Source of the DNA: Octopus vulgaris
Lineage: Eukaryota
Assembly: GCA_951406725.2 (NCBI GenBank)
Contig: OX597825.1
Coordinates: forward strand, 32,178,001-32,242,000
Length of the DNA stretch: 64,000 bases
Direction of reading: 5' to 3'
In this document: positions 13,116-25,640 of the stretch, one piece after another
Numbering within the stretch: position 1 is the first letter of the stretch
Layout: each line of letters opens with the position of its first letter
The notes under the pieces: model-generated
The model's input: the letters and a program-made list of their open reading frames with translations, nothing else
What the model was told of the DNA's origin: nothing
Databases searched by the model: none
Position numbers and translations under genes: made by a program

Positions 13116-14089
13116 CATCTTGTATGCCAGAAAATATGGTAATTATTTCCAGCAGGAGAAAAGAGTTCTTCATTGTTGGATATTACCTGCTACCAGATTC
13201 AACAGAACAGTATTTCTGTCACTGTGGCACCTGAATTTTGTTACTAATCTTTTTCCACTTGTCTTGGTTTCAGGTTTTCTTTATGAATCTAAATGTTCTT
13301 ATTCCTGTCCATATCTGCACATCTTTCAAACAATCTCTCTCGCTTTACTCATCTCTTTCTCTTGTTTTTCCTGGCAGGATTATATTTGTGTCACTCAGTC
13401 ATTCTAATAACGTGACCAAAACACTGTATTTTTATTCATCTTATTGCTTTATTTCAAACACAGTGCCTATAATTTTGGGAGAGGGGTCGAGTCAATTCCG
13501 TTGATCCTAATGCTTAACTGCTACTTAATCCATCAACACTAAAAGAATGAAAGGAAAAGTTGACCTTGGTAGAATTTGAAGGGATAGAAATAATAAAGTG
13601 ACATTATCAAAGCTGATATTTGATTTGAAATGTGGAAGGAAAAAATATGGTTTGAAAGGGAGCTCCAGTAGGATCCATACAGTAGAAGAAAGATTGGAAA
13701 GGGCCTGTGAAAATATAACACATTGGGAGTAACAGGAGGAATAATAAGGAATGAGTTATGAGTAAGTGGGGGCTGGTTTGGTTAAGAGGTTTGTTTTGCA
13801 ATTATGTGGCTCTGAATTCAATTCCACTGTAGACCACCTTGAACAGAATCTGGTTGATGGTACATCTGGCCATCTTCTGCCTTATGGAAGCACTGAGCTC
13901 TTCATAATGTAGAGTTATATAATAAGAGTTTTATATTCAAGCTGATTTCTATATTACAGGGAAGTGAATTTATATGGAAGTCAGAAAGAAAATACATTCT
14001 GTTCAATGGAAAGATGGAACTCCACATTTCAGTAGGGTTTTCATGAATGCAATTCTTTTATAGCATGAGGAATGTGCATTGATACACAC

Positions 14090-14121
<32 letters not shown>

Positions 14122-14189
14122 GTTTGTGTGTGTGTTTGATGGTGTGTGTGTGTGAGTTCACTTCCTGATCCCAGAAATGCAGAAATGTT

Positions 14190-14556
14190 TGCACGCTGGG
14201 CGAAATACTTAGCGGTATTTCATGTATCTTTATGTTCTGAGTTCAAATTCCACCGAGATTGACTTTGACTTTCATCGTTTTGGGGTTGATAAATTAAGTA
14301 CCAGTTGCATACTGGGGTTGATCAAATCGACTGGCTCCACTCCCTTAAAATTCCAGGCCTTGTGCCTAGATTAGAAAAGGATATAGATATAGGCATAGGC
14401 ATGGCTTTGTTGTAAAAATATTTGCTTTCCAACTACATGGATCCGGGTTCAGTCTTACAGTGTGGCACCTTGAGCGAGTGTCTTCTACTATACTCTAAAT
14501 CTGATCAAAAACTTTGTGAGTGGATTTGGTTGATGGAAACTGAAAGAAGTTTGTGC

Positions 14557-14612
<56 letters not shown>

Positions 14613-14655
14613 GCGCACCTGCACATACAGATATAAATATATATGTATCTATATA

Positions 14656-14697
<42 letters not shown>

Positions 14698-14835
14698 GAT
14701 ATATATATATATATGTATGTATGTGTTTGTGTTTGTTGCATCCCCCTGCCATTGCTTGAAAACTGGTGTTGGTTTGTTTGACTAAAACCTTCAAGGTAGT
14801 GCCCCAGCATAGCCTGAACTGAAACTAGTAAAAGA
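14190..14835 (+). mobile_element. Truncated SINE A followed by SINE B
   Basis: Homology to both families. Confidence 0.75.
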
Positions 14836-16050
14836 TGCATGTATATATGTGAAACTTCAGCTAACTGAGTAGAGTCACTGTGCTCAAGTAGGTTGTGATA
14901 TGGTATGTGATAAAAAAAAAAAAAAAAAGAATTGGCATATAAAAAAAAAATTCTTAATGGTTTGAAATTTACCACTTAGAGACAGAAATAAAAAACAAAA
15001 ACCTGACAATTTCAGGTAATTCTGAAAGAAGAACGAAGATAATTTCCAAAAAATTAAGAATTAAATTTACAGAAAATTAAATTTTCATGCTTAGAGGTGC
15101 AAAAATATCATTTTCGCTTGTATGATAAGCCTCGAATTTCAAATTTCTTTCTGTTCTGCTATAGTTCTTATCTGTTCTCTTCATGCTAATTATTTTAGCC
15201 TTCTCTGAGTTCAGTTTTCCCGCAAATATATTGTGGCTTACAGATCTATTATTGGTTAGTAAATATGTTAATTTTTTAAAAAATTGCTTTTTCATGTCAT
15301 TCGTTTATTTTAAGCTTTTATTTATTTTTTTGTTTTTCTCTGAATTGAAGTTCTTTGATCGCGTAAAAGTAAATAGTATCAATTCAACTTTAGCTTTCAT
15401 TATACAATCAGATGAAAACTGTTACACTGAAGGCAGTTATAAAAATCTAATTACTGTTTATATCCTTGTGATTTATAACACATGCTTCTCTTTGATAGCT
15501 TTGCCCATATTAAACGGACAGGAATTCTATTGTTGTTGGTGTTTCTTTGTGGTTTTTAGAGACATAGCATGTTAAGTTGTAATGAATGAAAAGATTGAGA
15601 GCGGCAGTTAGATAATGGACTGGCATCTGAGAAGAATTAATGGAGCAGTAGTTCTTCCTCTCACAGTTCTAGTTATGGTAATGCCAGTCAAATAAGGAAC
15701 AAATCAAAGATCACAGAGATATGTCTGTAAATGTTTGTAACCATTTACTTTCATAATCTGATATTGTACCTGCAATTTACTGCTAATATTTTCCACTGAA
15801 GTCAACTCAACAACAATTGATATGGCGTATTCTCCCTGAATTGTCATTTTTACTACGTAGCACACTTGCTAGTCAAAATCAATGGATTCCTTAGTTGCTA
15901 GGAAGCAATCAGCGCTTTCTGTCTCTTGGTAATATTTCAATGAGACAATTTCCACCAGAAACTGTACGGTGATGTTGTAGTTGTGGCTTAGGCTCAACAA
16001 CAACATCAATTCTACTCATGTGAGCAGGGTGAAATAGGTATTCTCTTTCT

Positions 16051-16247
16051 CTCTTTTACTTGTTTCAGTCATTTGACTGTGGCCATGCTGGAGCACCGCC
16101 TTTAATCGAGCAACTCGACCCCGGGACTTATTCTTTTGTAAGCCCAGTACTTATTCTATCGGTCTCTTTTGCTGAACCACTAAGTAACGGGGACATAAAC
16201 ACACCAGCATCGGTTGTCAAGCAATGCTAGGGGGACAAACACACACA

Positions 16248-16279
<32 letters not shown>

Positions 16280-16444
16280 CGACGGGCTTCTTTCAGTTTC
16301 CGTCTACCAAATCCACTCACAAGGCTTTGGTCGGCCCGAGGCTAAAGTAGAAGACTCTTGCCCAAGGTGCCACGCAGTGGGACTGAACCCGGAACCATGT
16401 GGCTGGTAAACAAGCTACTTACCACACAGCCACTCCTGCGCCTA
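16051..16444 (-). mobile_element. SINE family B, full length
   Basis: Homology; CpGs retained, suggesting a young copy. Confidence 0.9.
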
Positions 16445-16506
16445 TTAAGCTGGTGCAGTTATTGAATGTAGAGCTCCACATTGAGTGTTTCGTTGCACTC
16501 AATGTA

Positions 16507-16543
<37 letters not shown>

Positions 16544-17120
16544 TATTGCCTTTGCACAGCTTCTAATGCCCGAGATGTACTACAGTGTCAGCTGTTCATT
16601 ACCAGTGAACCAAGGTAACACCTCTTATTTTTCGAGCACCTTCCGGAGTATTCGATCGGTTCCAAGCAATGCTGTTTTCTGCAAGTGCTCCACCCTTACT
16701 GCTGCTCCTATTTGTTCCATGTACTTCTCGAGATTTTTGCTTACTATTCCCAGAGCTCCAACAATTATTGGTACTACTGCTACCGTTTTCATCAACCACA
16801 ACTGCTTAACTCCCCAAGCTAACCTGTCATATCTCTCGACTTTTCTTTCTTCCTTATCGCATACCTTGTTGTCAGCTGGGCATACTATATCTGTGATCCA
16901 GCATAGTTTGTTTTCCTTTTCAATTAAGATTATGTCCAGCTTCCTATTCTCAATCTCATGGTCACATTGAATCATAAAATCCCATAGGATCTTTGCATTT
17001 CTATTTTTGACAATGCCTTCAGGTTTGTGGTCATACCAATTTTTGGCTCTTTCAAGTCCATACTTGTTGCAAAGTGTCCAATGGACAACCCTAGCTCTAT
17101 TGTCATGGCGTCTCTTACTT
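16507..17120 (-). mobile_element. 5'-truncated R4/Dong-like non-LTR retrotransposon (restriction-like endonuclease domain) with (TAA)n tail
   Basis: Open frame 16625-17128 reads RRHDN..ILWDFMIQCDHEIENRKLDIILIEK..IIVGALG..LQKTALLGT..ILRKVL; both ends lie in TAA repeats. Confidence 0.85.
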
Positions 17121-17138
17121 ATTATCATTATGGGGAAT

Positions 17139-17357
17139 AAGATGGTGAGCTAGCAGAATTGTTAGCATGCTGGACAAAATGGTTAGTGGTATTCTGCCCC
17201 GTCATTACATTCTGAGTTCAAATTCTGCTGAGGTTGACTTTACCTCTTGTCCTTTTGGGGTCGATAAATTAAGTACAAATGAAACACTGGGGTTGATGTA
17301 ATCGACTATCACCCTCCCAACTAAATTTCAGGCCTTGTGTCTAGAATAGAAAGGATA
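17139..17357 (+). mobile_element. SINE family A variant
   Basis: Homology. Confidence 0.8.
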
Positions 17358-17740
17358 ATTATACTGGGGAATTACATGAAGAGTACACATGACTGAGGGA
17401 TACTCAGCCACTTACTAATTCAGTGAGTAGGGAGTTCAGTTGATTAAACATCTGGACATTTTCATATTGGTGGGAACATTTTACACACACACATGCATGC
17501 ACGTGTACACACACACGCACGCCATTTATCAAAGCTGAAAAAAATCTTCGCAAACTGCTACTCTGCTGTTGAAAATTTTAAACTCCATTCATGTCTGTTA
17601 TTCTATACTTACACCACTGGTTGTATTTCTGTGGACAGCTTCCTGCTGATTGAAGTTCTGGATTTGGATCCCTAGTGTGGAATTCAGGAAATGCAAACTG
17701 TTACAAATGTGCATGTACCATAACCAAATATAGCTTTAAA

Positions 17741-19363
17741 TATTGGATTGGGGAATAATTCATGAACATTTTTTTCCAAATTTATTTTAAACAAAAAAAA
17801 AAAAAACTACAACAAATTAATAATATACTCTCTGTTGTTGATTACAACTGCCTCCATCTTATTCCCCATAATAATAATAAGTAAGAGACGCCATGACAAT
17901 AGAGCTAGGGTTGTCCATTCAATATCATTCAATATCATTCAATAAGTTTTTCAATTCCTTGGTAATAGAAATCTTCCTGTTTTGACTCAAGGAATTTGTC
18001 AAGCCAAGCCCTCAATTCCATGTCATTATTGAATGATACACCACACAAAACGTTTGAAAGTAGTCGAAAGAGATGAAAATCTGATGGTGTCAAGTCTGGA
18101 GAGTATGGAGGATGAGGCAGTGCTTCTCATTTGATTTCTTGAATCATGGCTTTGGTCACATTGGCGAAGTGAGGATGGGTATTGTCGTGTTACAGAAGAA
18201 TGTCATTTTGCCTATTCTGTCTTTTTTGCTGAATTGCTTCATTAAGCTGGTGCAGTTATTGAATGTAGAGCTCCACATTGAGTGTTTGGTTGCACTCAAG
18301 CAGTTTGTGATGAATCATTCCTTCCTAGCCCCACTATACACGCAACAAGGACTTTTGAGGATGAAGGTCTTGTTTTGATCACAGAATCGCTTGTTTGTCA
18401 GGGCTGAGCCATTCATTTTGCTGCTTCACATTGATGTGAAGGCACCATTTTTCATCGCCAGTAACAATGCAGTAAAGGAAACGCTGTTTGTAACCATATA
18501 TTTAGTGATGTCGAGCAAGTAATCTGGTGGTGATTGTGGGGTGTAGATTTTTCTTGTTTTCACTCCAAGTGTGTGGTACCCAAGTGCCAAGTTTCTTAAC
18601 CTTGCCCATTGAGTGAAGGTGGTTCACCATAGTTTTTTTTATCACAATTCATCTGCTGAAGGTGGCGAGCTGGCAGAAACATTAGCATGCCAGGCGAAAT
18701 GCTTAGCGGTATTTCGTCTGCTGTTGCGTTCTGAGTTTAAATTCCACCGAGGTTGACTTTGCTTTTCATCTTTTTGGGGTCGATAAATTAAGTACCAGTT
18801 ACACACTGGGGTCGATCTAATCGACTTAATCCCTTTGTCTGTCCTTGTTTGTCCCCTCTATGTTTAGCTTCTTGTGGGCAATAAAGAAATAACAATTCAT
18901 CTGCTCTGCCAATTCTCTGGTTGTTTGACTTGAATTTTCGTGAAGAAGTTGATTCAATTGCTTTTCATTGAACTCAATTGGTCAACCAGTATCCATCCTT
19001 GAGGTAAAAATTCCCATTTTTGAAATGTGAAAACCAATGGCAGGTGGTACTTTGAGGCATTGCTCCTTCTCCATATGCAGCACAAATCTCATGAGCAGCT
19101 TTGGTGGGCTTAACACCTCAATTAAATGCAAAAAGCAAATGGTGGCAAAAATGCTCAGTTTTGTCCACTTGACATTCCATTCTAATGATCTGAAAATACA
19201 CAAAAGTCAATAAAATTATAAAATCAAAACACACTATCTTGTAGAGCAAAAAATTCTCTTTTAAATAACATAGAATATTTTGCCAGTGCATTTTATTTCT
19301 GCATGCATTTTTTGCATTTTTAAATTTGAAATAAACACTCACGAATTATTCCTCAACGTAATA
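17741..19363 (-). mobile_element. Mariner-like DNA transposon with a decayed transposase
   Basis: TA-bounded imperfect TIRs (TATTGGATTGGGGAATAATTCATGA / TCACGAATTATTCCTCAACGTAATA); motifs WVPHTL (~18570) and HPPYSPDLTPSDFHL (~18070-18113); N-terminus MECQVDKTEHFCHHLLFAFN. Confidence 0.9.
18658..18891 (+). mobile_element. SINE family A inserted in the mariner
   Basis: 14-bp TSD ACAATTCATCTGCT at 18644-18657 and 18892-18905. Confidence 0.92.
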
Positions 19364-21003
19364 GATAACTGGTTAGGGATTGACAAAGGTTTTACTGAGT
19401 GATGCTAAGACTCTGGATGCATAGAATTAAGCAACAAGTTCTACATACTCTTTGGGATCTTCAGTAATCTGACCTGTGTCAGGATTGCAAAAAGGGTAGA
19501 CTGGAGAGTGAGGCCCCTTTTCAATGCACATATTTTCCACAACGCTTTACTATTCATGTTGGTTAGAAAGCATTGTAGACATAGAAGCTCTGCCTTTTTA
19601 GTTACCTGCTTGAAATGATTGGATGGTTTGATTTATTTTCTATTATCATCTGTTCTTCATAATTTGAATTATTGTTCAGTGTGTGTGTGTATGTGTGTGT
19701 GCTCAGGTTAGCCCTATCTAACTGAGAAATGCATCCATGGAAACTTGGTCCAGTGAGAGACAGTGATGCTTTCACATCAAACAAGAATAAATAAGAAGAA
19801 TATATTATCTACACTTGGTTTTGGTATTCATATATCCAAATTGCACATGGTAGCTTATTATGTAGAAACACACATACACACACAAATACAGCAGTTATAC
19901 ACAAATATAATCCTATTTTCTCCTAAACCAGACTGGTTCTCTTGTGCTAATGGCTACCATATATAATATCTACCATATTATCTGTATTTAAAAGGTTAAA
20001 AATAAGAATAAAAAGAAGCAAAACAACAAATCTGGGTCAGTGTATCTCTAAGTGATGTAATTTTTGATGTTATTACCTGCTGTGGTTGGGAAAAGGTTAA
20101 TTGAATGGAAATTTTTGCATCACTGGAACAGCTGAAACATTTTTCATCATTTGAAACAGGCAAACTGTTATTCATTTTATTTGTTACGTAAACTTAGTTA
20201 TGGATTTATATTCAGGCCAAGCAAGGTGTGCAGTCTTTGATTAAAAGCTTGATTGAGCAGATCTATATTCAAAAGTGTTCCAGCTGTGACTATTCCATCT
20301 TTTTACTATGTTCTGTGAAACCAGCACTACCTTATATCTCCCAATTTGTTTTCTTTTTTAAGGTGGCAGGATGTAATTTGAAGATTTGGCTTGTATTTCT
20401 AGCAGATCTGGTGACCATATAGAAGTTCTCTTTTAATATAGCACAAGCTTGATAAAAAAAAAGGGAACAATACATTTGAGTATGTAATACTAGGAGGGGA
20501 GTTGATTAGGGGTGGGGCCGGTGGGGTCACCTGACCTGCTAGAAATAGCAGCCGAATCATCTGCAACACACTGTCTTCAAAAACAAAACAAAACAAAAAA
20601 AATCATCGAGAACAATACACAAGATAATGTAATCCTAAGTACTTTTAAATATCAATGATGTATAAGTTATTATATGTGGCAGACATTAGCTTAAGTGTTT
20701 AGAAGAAAATAGAATTATATTTGTGTATAGCCTCTGTACTTGCATAAATATATACATAAATCACCACCAGAAGCTAACCCCTCCACCACCACCACGTTTG
20801 TATATTTGTGTGAGTAGACAATATGCTGCAATATGCTATATACAATGTGCTGTCTATTTGGATATATAAATAGCAAAATAAAGCTAAGATGATTTGTTAT
20901 TTCTTGTAGTTTGAAGGAAAAGCTTTACTGCCTGTCATTGCTTCAAGATTTCCTGGTTGACATTTTTGAATTAGATAGTGCTAATCAGATTAAGTATAAT
21001 ATA

Positions 21004-21500
21004 TACAGGGTGGGTCAGTTTTTTTGGGTTGTTTGTATGAATTTTGAAAAAGATGCATAGCTCATCCAAGAAAATCTGTATTTGAAAACAAATTGGTAGA
21101 AATAATCTTGAGAATCCTTTTATCCAACCTATTCAATGACTCTATGGTTAGCATCAAATGCTGCTTCATTCAGTATAAGGTTGGAAGTGTTTACATGCTC
21201 AAATCAGATGATCTTCATCAATGTTGGACATAGTGCTGGTTATGTTGGCCTCAAGAAGTTGTATGGTGTTATGAGGGCATTGATGCACCTCTCTCTCAAC
21301 TATGCCCCATATGTAATTGTCCAGTGGATTGAGGTCTGGTGAGCTAGGAGGCCTTGTATCTGGGAAAGCATGATTATGGAGATTGGCATGTATCCATACT
21401 TGGGTTGTCTTAGCTTTATGAGACAGTGCAAAGTCTCATTGGAAGATGTATGGTCTTCCATTGTATTCTCTGACTATACAGGTCCTCACTACTTTCTCCA
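21004..21500 (-). mobile_element. Tc1/maT-like transposon 3' fragment
   Basis: Terminus TA-CAGGGTG; minus strand encodes PPSSPDLNPLDNYIWG (~21305-21352). Confidence 0.7.
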
Positions 21501-22096
21501 GCATCTCTGTGTTGACAACAGTAGTGACTCTCAAGCCATGTGAAAAAACTGAACAGGTATGACATCTCCTTCATTGCTGATGACTTTAAAAAGGTCCTCA
21601 GGTTGAGTGAGTTTAAAAAGGTCCCCAGGTTGAGTGACATTATTGCCTACTCAGCCCTCTAAAAAACTTGCTTGACCCAGAAACTTTTTTAAACTTCAGG
21701 AAAGAGGTATTCAGTCAATGCCCCCATCTAAAATATTTCCTACTTCAGACTTGGAATTCTCCATTTGTTGAATATTCCCACCATAGCTCCGAATATTGCC
21801 ATAGCTGGAGCCAATGCAAAGGGGGATAATCCCATCTCGCTAACTCCATCCCATACCATGGACAATTATTTTTTGTTTACAAAACCAACTGACTGTTACA
21901 TATTTCTTCCTCTAGTTCTAGGGATGTTATGTTCCTTCAGTCATTTGTGTCTGCGAAGTCATCTATATAGATAAGCACTTTATACTTGTGAAACCAATGG
22001 TTACTCTGTGAGTGGCTATAACTTTTAACTTTGTAAAAGATACATTACTGTTCTAATGTTTTAGAGTGTGCTTCTTTTTCAGATATATGAACTACT

Positions 22097-22145
<49 letters not shown>

Positions 22146-22979
22146 TATACACACCTATGCAATGGGTTTCTGAATCATTTCTGTTTACCAAGTTCTTTCA
22201 CAAGGCATTGGTTGGCCCACGGATATAGCAGAAGATACTTTCCCAAGGTGCTGCAGTGGGATTGAATCTGAAACCATGTCACTGGGAAGCAAATTTCTTA
22301 ACCACACAACAACTGGTGCATCTGACAAAAATGCTTTACATTTGATTGAGTTATCTCCCTTTGCTTCAGAGTTTGCACAATGGGTTCTTGGATTGTTTTG
22401 TACCACATTCTTACAATCCAAAAGTTCACTTCTCAAATACATAGTACAGTGTTCCATCTCATAGCATGGCCCCCTTCAGCAAGTGTTGGGAGCAAAACTG
22501 AGTAGATGGAAAGTGTGGGGACACAAAGTCCTGCAGGGACATGACATTGTATCTCTATCTTGGAAAGGTTATCTTGGATTCTTTCCATTCTCTCTTTGCT
22601 GTATATTTGTGCTTCACATAAATGATATAAAACCTGTTGTTGTTGCTGTTGTTTAGCTCCCCCACTCCACCACACCTACCCAAGTTTGTTCCTAATTTAA
22701 AAGATCTATGATCATTGCATTTCAAGTGTAACCATTCCATCAATTTTCTTCTTTTTATATTTTTCAGGAATAGTTAAATCCTGGCTACATTATCCAAAAG
22801 TGTAAATCAAGAAAAATTCGGCTGTTATTTTTAGCAGATTCGACAATCACTTGAAAACTCTTTTCATTGGTTTGTGAAACTCTTTCTGATAATTAGGTAT
22901 GATCATCTTTTTATAGATTTCTTCCTTATTTATGAACACAATGTCAATTACAGAGAGATTATTATTTTTATGAAACAGT

Positions 22980-23386
22980 ACTCGAAATCGATCAACATCA
23001 ATGGAAATTGTAGCTGTGATACCAGTGCCGGTGGCACGTAAGTGAACCATCTGAACGTGGCCGTTGGCAGCGCCGCCCCGACGAGCCTCCGTGCCAGTGG
23101 AACGTAAAAAGTACCATCCGATCGTGGCCATTGCCAGCCTCGCCTGGCCCCCGTGCCGGTGGCACGTAAAAAACACCATCCGACCGTGGCTGTTTGCCAG
23201 CCTCGTCTGGCACCTGTGCCGGTGGCATGTAAAAAGCATCTACTATATTCACGGAGTGGTTGGTGTTAGGAAGGGCATCCAGCTGTAAAAACATTACCAG
23301 ATCAGACTGGGCCTGGTGCAGCCTTCTGGCTTCCCAGACCCCAGTCGAAACATCCAACCCATGCTAGCATGGAAAGAGGACGCTAA

Positions 23387-23416
<30 letters not shown>
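22980..23416 (+). mobile_element. RTE LINE 3' UTR with internal ~60-bp tandem repeats and (GAT)n tail
   Basis: Repeated GTGCCGGTGGCACGTAAAAA..ACCATC units; same 3' end as 46298-46885. Confidence 0.8.
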
Positions 23417-23418
<2 letters not shown>

Positions 23419-23435
23419 TACTCAAATTTCATTTA

Positions 23436-23930
23436 TCTCTTATTATAAAAGGCAGATTTTATCTGCCTCCCTTTGGGAGTTATACAAATCTACAATATAG
23501 GATTTCTTCAATTACAATTTACCTAGCAGTTTTAAGAGTACAATGCATCGCGTCATGCCAGGTCCAGTTTTTAAAATTTAAACTCCAATTAAGCAAAATT
23601 TACAGAAAACTCACATTCTGGTGTGTGTGTCAAATGCTTTTCTTAGTCTGGTTTACACCACACGCAAACGCACACACACAGTGGGCAACGAATAAAATGA
23701 AAGTAATTGACTTACTGTAGTGAGTGATTCTTTCACTCTGCTTCCCACTTCCTCTTTCCACACATACACACGCAAATATATAAATAAAATTGTAAGCTAA
23801 CGTGCGTGTGTGTGAGTGGGTGTGTGTGGGTGTGCGCGCGTGTGTGTGTGTGTGTGAGGGTGCGTGTGTGTGTGTGTGTGCGTGTGCGTGAGTGTGTGAT
23901 AGGAAAGTTTTTTACAACGAATATAACACC
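23436..23930 (+). mobile_element. Possible Helitron-like element (5' part only)
   Basis: Starts A|TCTCTTATTATAAAAG, similar to the 24994 Helitron; no 3' hairpin-CTAG found. Confidence 0.4.
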
Positions 23931-23948
23931 TATATCCAAGTAGCAGAA

Positions 23949-24215
23949 AGATAAGACAGTAAGGTGTGATTTGAGGGAGATTTGGCTGCTATTTCTACCA
24001 TGTCTAGCTGCCATGTAGGGGTCTCCCTCATAGGCTCATACATACATATATACATAGATAAGACAGTAAGGTGTGATTTGGGGGAAATTTGGCTGCTATT
24101 TCTACCAGGTCTAGCTGCCATGTAGAGGTCCCCCTCATTGGCTCATATATATATACATACATAAGACAGTAAGGTGTGATTTGAGGGAGATTTGGCTGCT
24201 GTTTCTACCAGGTCT
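23949..24215. repeat. Tandem ~105-bp repeat, 2.5 copies, derived from family E
   Basis: ATAAGACAGTAAGGTGTGATTTG..TTTGGCTGCT occurs three times. Confidence 0.85.
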
Positions 24216-24570
24216 GTTAGGCCTTCTCATGTAAACTCAAGCTTTCTCATGCCTTGACCAAAGCAGAGAATGTATTCTTTTATTCTTCTGCTTTTTCCAG
24301 CCATTGGTCTGTGGCCATGCTGGGGCAATGCCTTGAAGAATTGTAGTTTAATGAATCAACTCCACTTTTATTTTTGTAAGCATTGTACTTATTCTATCTG
24401 TTTCCTTTGTCAAACCACTAGGTGACAGGGATGTAAACAAACCAACATTCGTTGTCAAGCAGTGGTGGAGGACAATCACAAGCACAGACACGCACACACA
24501 CACACATACATGCATACACATATACACACATACATACATACATATATATATATGTGTGTATATATATATA

Positions 24571-24893
24571 TTGCAGCGTGGAAGGTGTTTGTAAGCCATT
24601 TAAGAAACACACAAAAACCGTTACATTCACTTCAACATTTAAATTTAATTTGCCAAAATATTTTCGTCGCTTTGAGACCGCGACCTGTTCACTGACAAAA
24701 ATATCGTGCTAACAGGTCGCGGTCTCAAAGCGATGAAAATATTTTGACAAATTAAATTTAAATGTTGAAGTGAATCTAACGGTTTTTGTGTGTTTCTTAA
24801 ATGGCTTATAAACACCTTCAACGCTGCAACTGTTTTCGTTCCAGCACACGATCTCAGATCAAGTCACTTGCTATGCAAGTACATCTCTGTAAC
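24571..24893. mobile_element. Fold-back element in (TA)n with 119-bp arms and a hammerhead-like motif
   Basis: 24571-24689 pairs with 24711-24829; 21-bp loop; 64-bp one-sided extension. Confidence 0.85.
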
Positions 24894-24993
24894 TATATAT
24901 ATATTTATATATATATATATATATGTATATTGGTAAAAACAGTAAGATAACAAAAGAAAGAAAGAGACCTCAATATTATGTAAATAGAGGAAA

Positions 24994-25387
24994 TCTTTAT
25001 ATATAAAAGTGAGGTTGTGTGTCTGTCTCCTACGATTTACATTCCTAACTACTCCCACATTTTGCGGTGCAGTTTAACCAAAACCGGGTATCTTATAGTC
25101 GTGATTCATATCGAGACCGTCTGGGTATTAGCGCGCGTCTACGATGAGTCTACGATTTTAAAAAAATTTACCATCAATTTTTCCCATTTTTAATCCATTT
25201 TTGACATATATAAGGGAAGTAACTCTCTAAAATTTATTATTAAATCTCAGAACGTAAAAAGCTACAGTAACACCCCTCCCCCTTTGTGGTTAGCCATATT
25301 GAGATGGCTATTATACTTTACATCTCTAAAAATGCTTATATAATTATTTCCCTTACAAACCCGAGCAACGCCGGGCGATACTGCTAG
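24994..25387 (+). mobile_element. Non-autonomous Helitron
   Basis: 5' TC, 3' hairpin CCCGAGCAACGCCGGG followed by CTAG, inserted between A and T, no TSD. Confidence 0.85.
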
Positions 25388-25469
25388 TAATTGATATAAT
25401 TCTTAATGGAATCTAGGAATGACAGGGAATTTGTCTGGTTGCATATCCGTGGACTGCTCCCAGCAGATT

Positions 25470-25640
25470 GATATTCTGTGCAATGTTATAATCACATTCA
25501 TCATTTGTTCAAGTACCCCAAACTTTGCCCGGACCTTCCATAATGCATCACAATATACCATGACAAAAGCCTTTGTGGGATCAACAAATACTACATGGAG
25601 ATCCTTTTCCTGCTTGTGAGGCTTTTTCTGCAGCTGAGAT
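25470..25640 (-). mobile_element. RTE LINE reverse-transcriptase fragment
   Basis: QLQKK..DLHVVFVDPTKAF..ALWKVRAKFGV resembles the RT motif FVDLxKAFD. Confidence 0.7.

Noticed and set aside
15070-15400. Possible NUMT or rRNA fragment (AT-rich)
   Set aside because: I could not recognise any mitochondrial gene or rRNA motif.
21577-21637. CTGATGA as a possible hammerhead core
   Set aside because: No stem II or GAAA follows; it is only a 27-bp tandem duplication.
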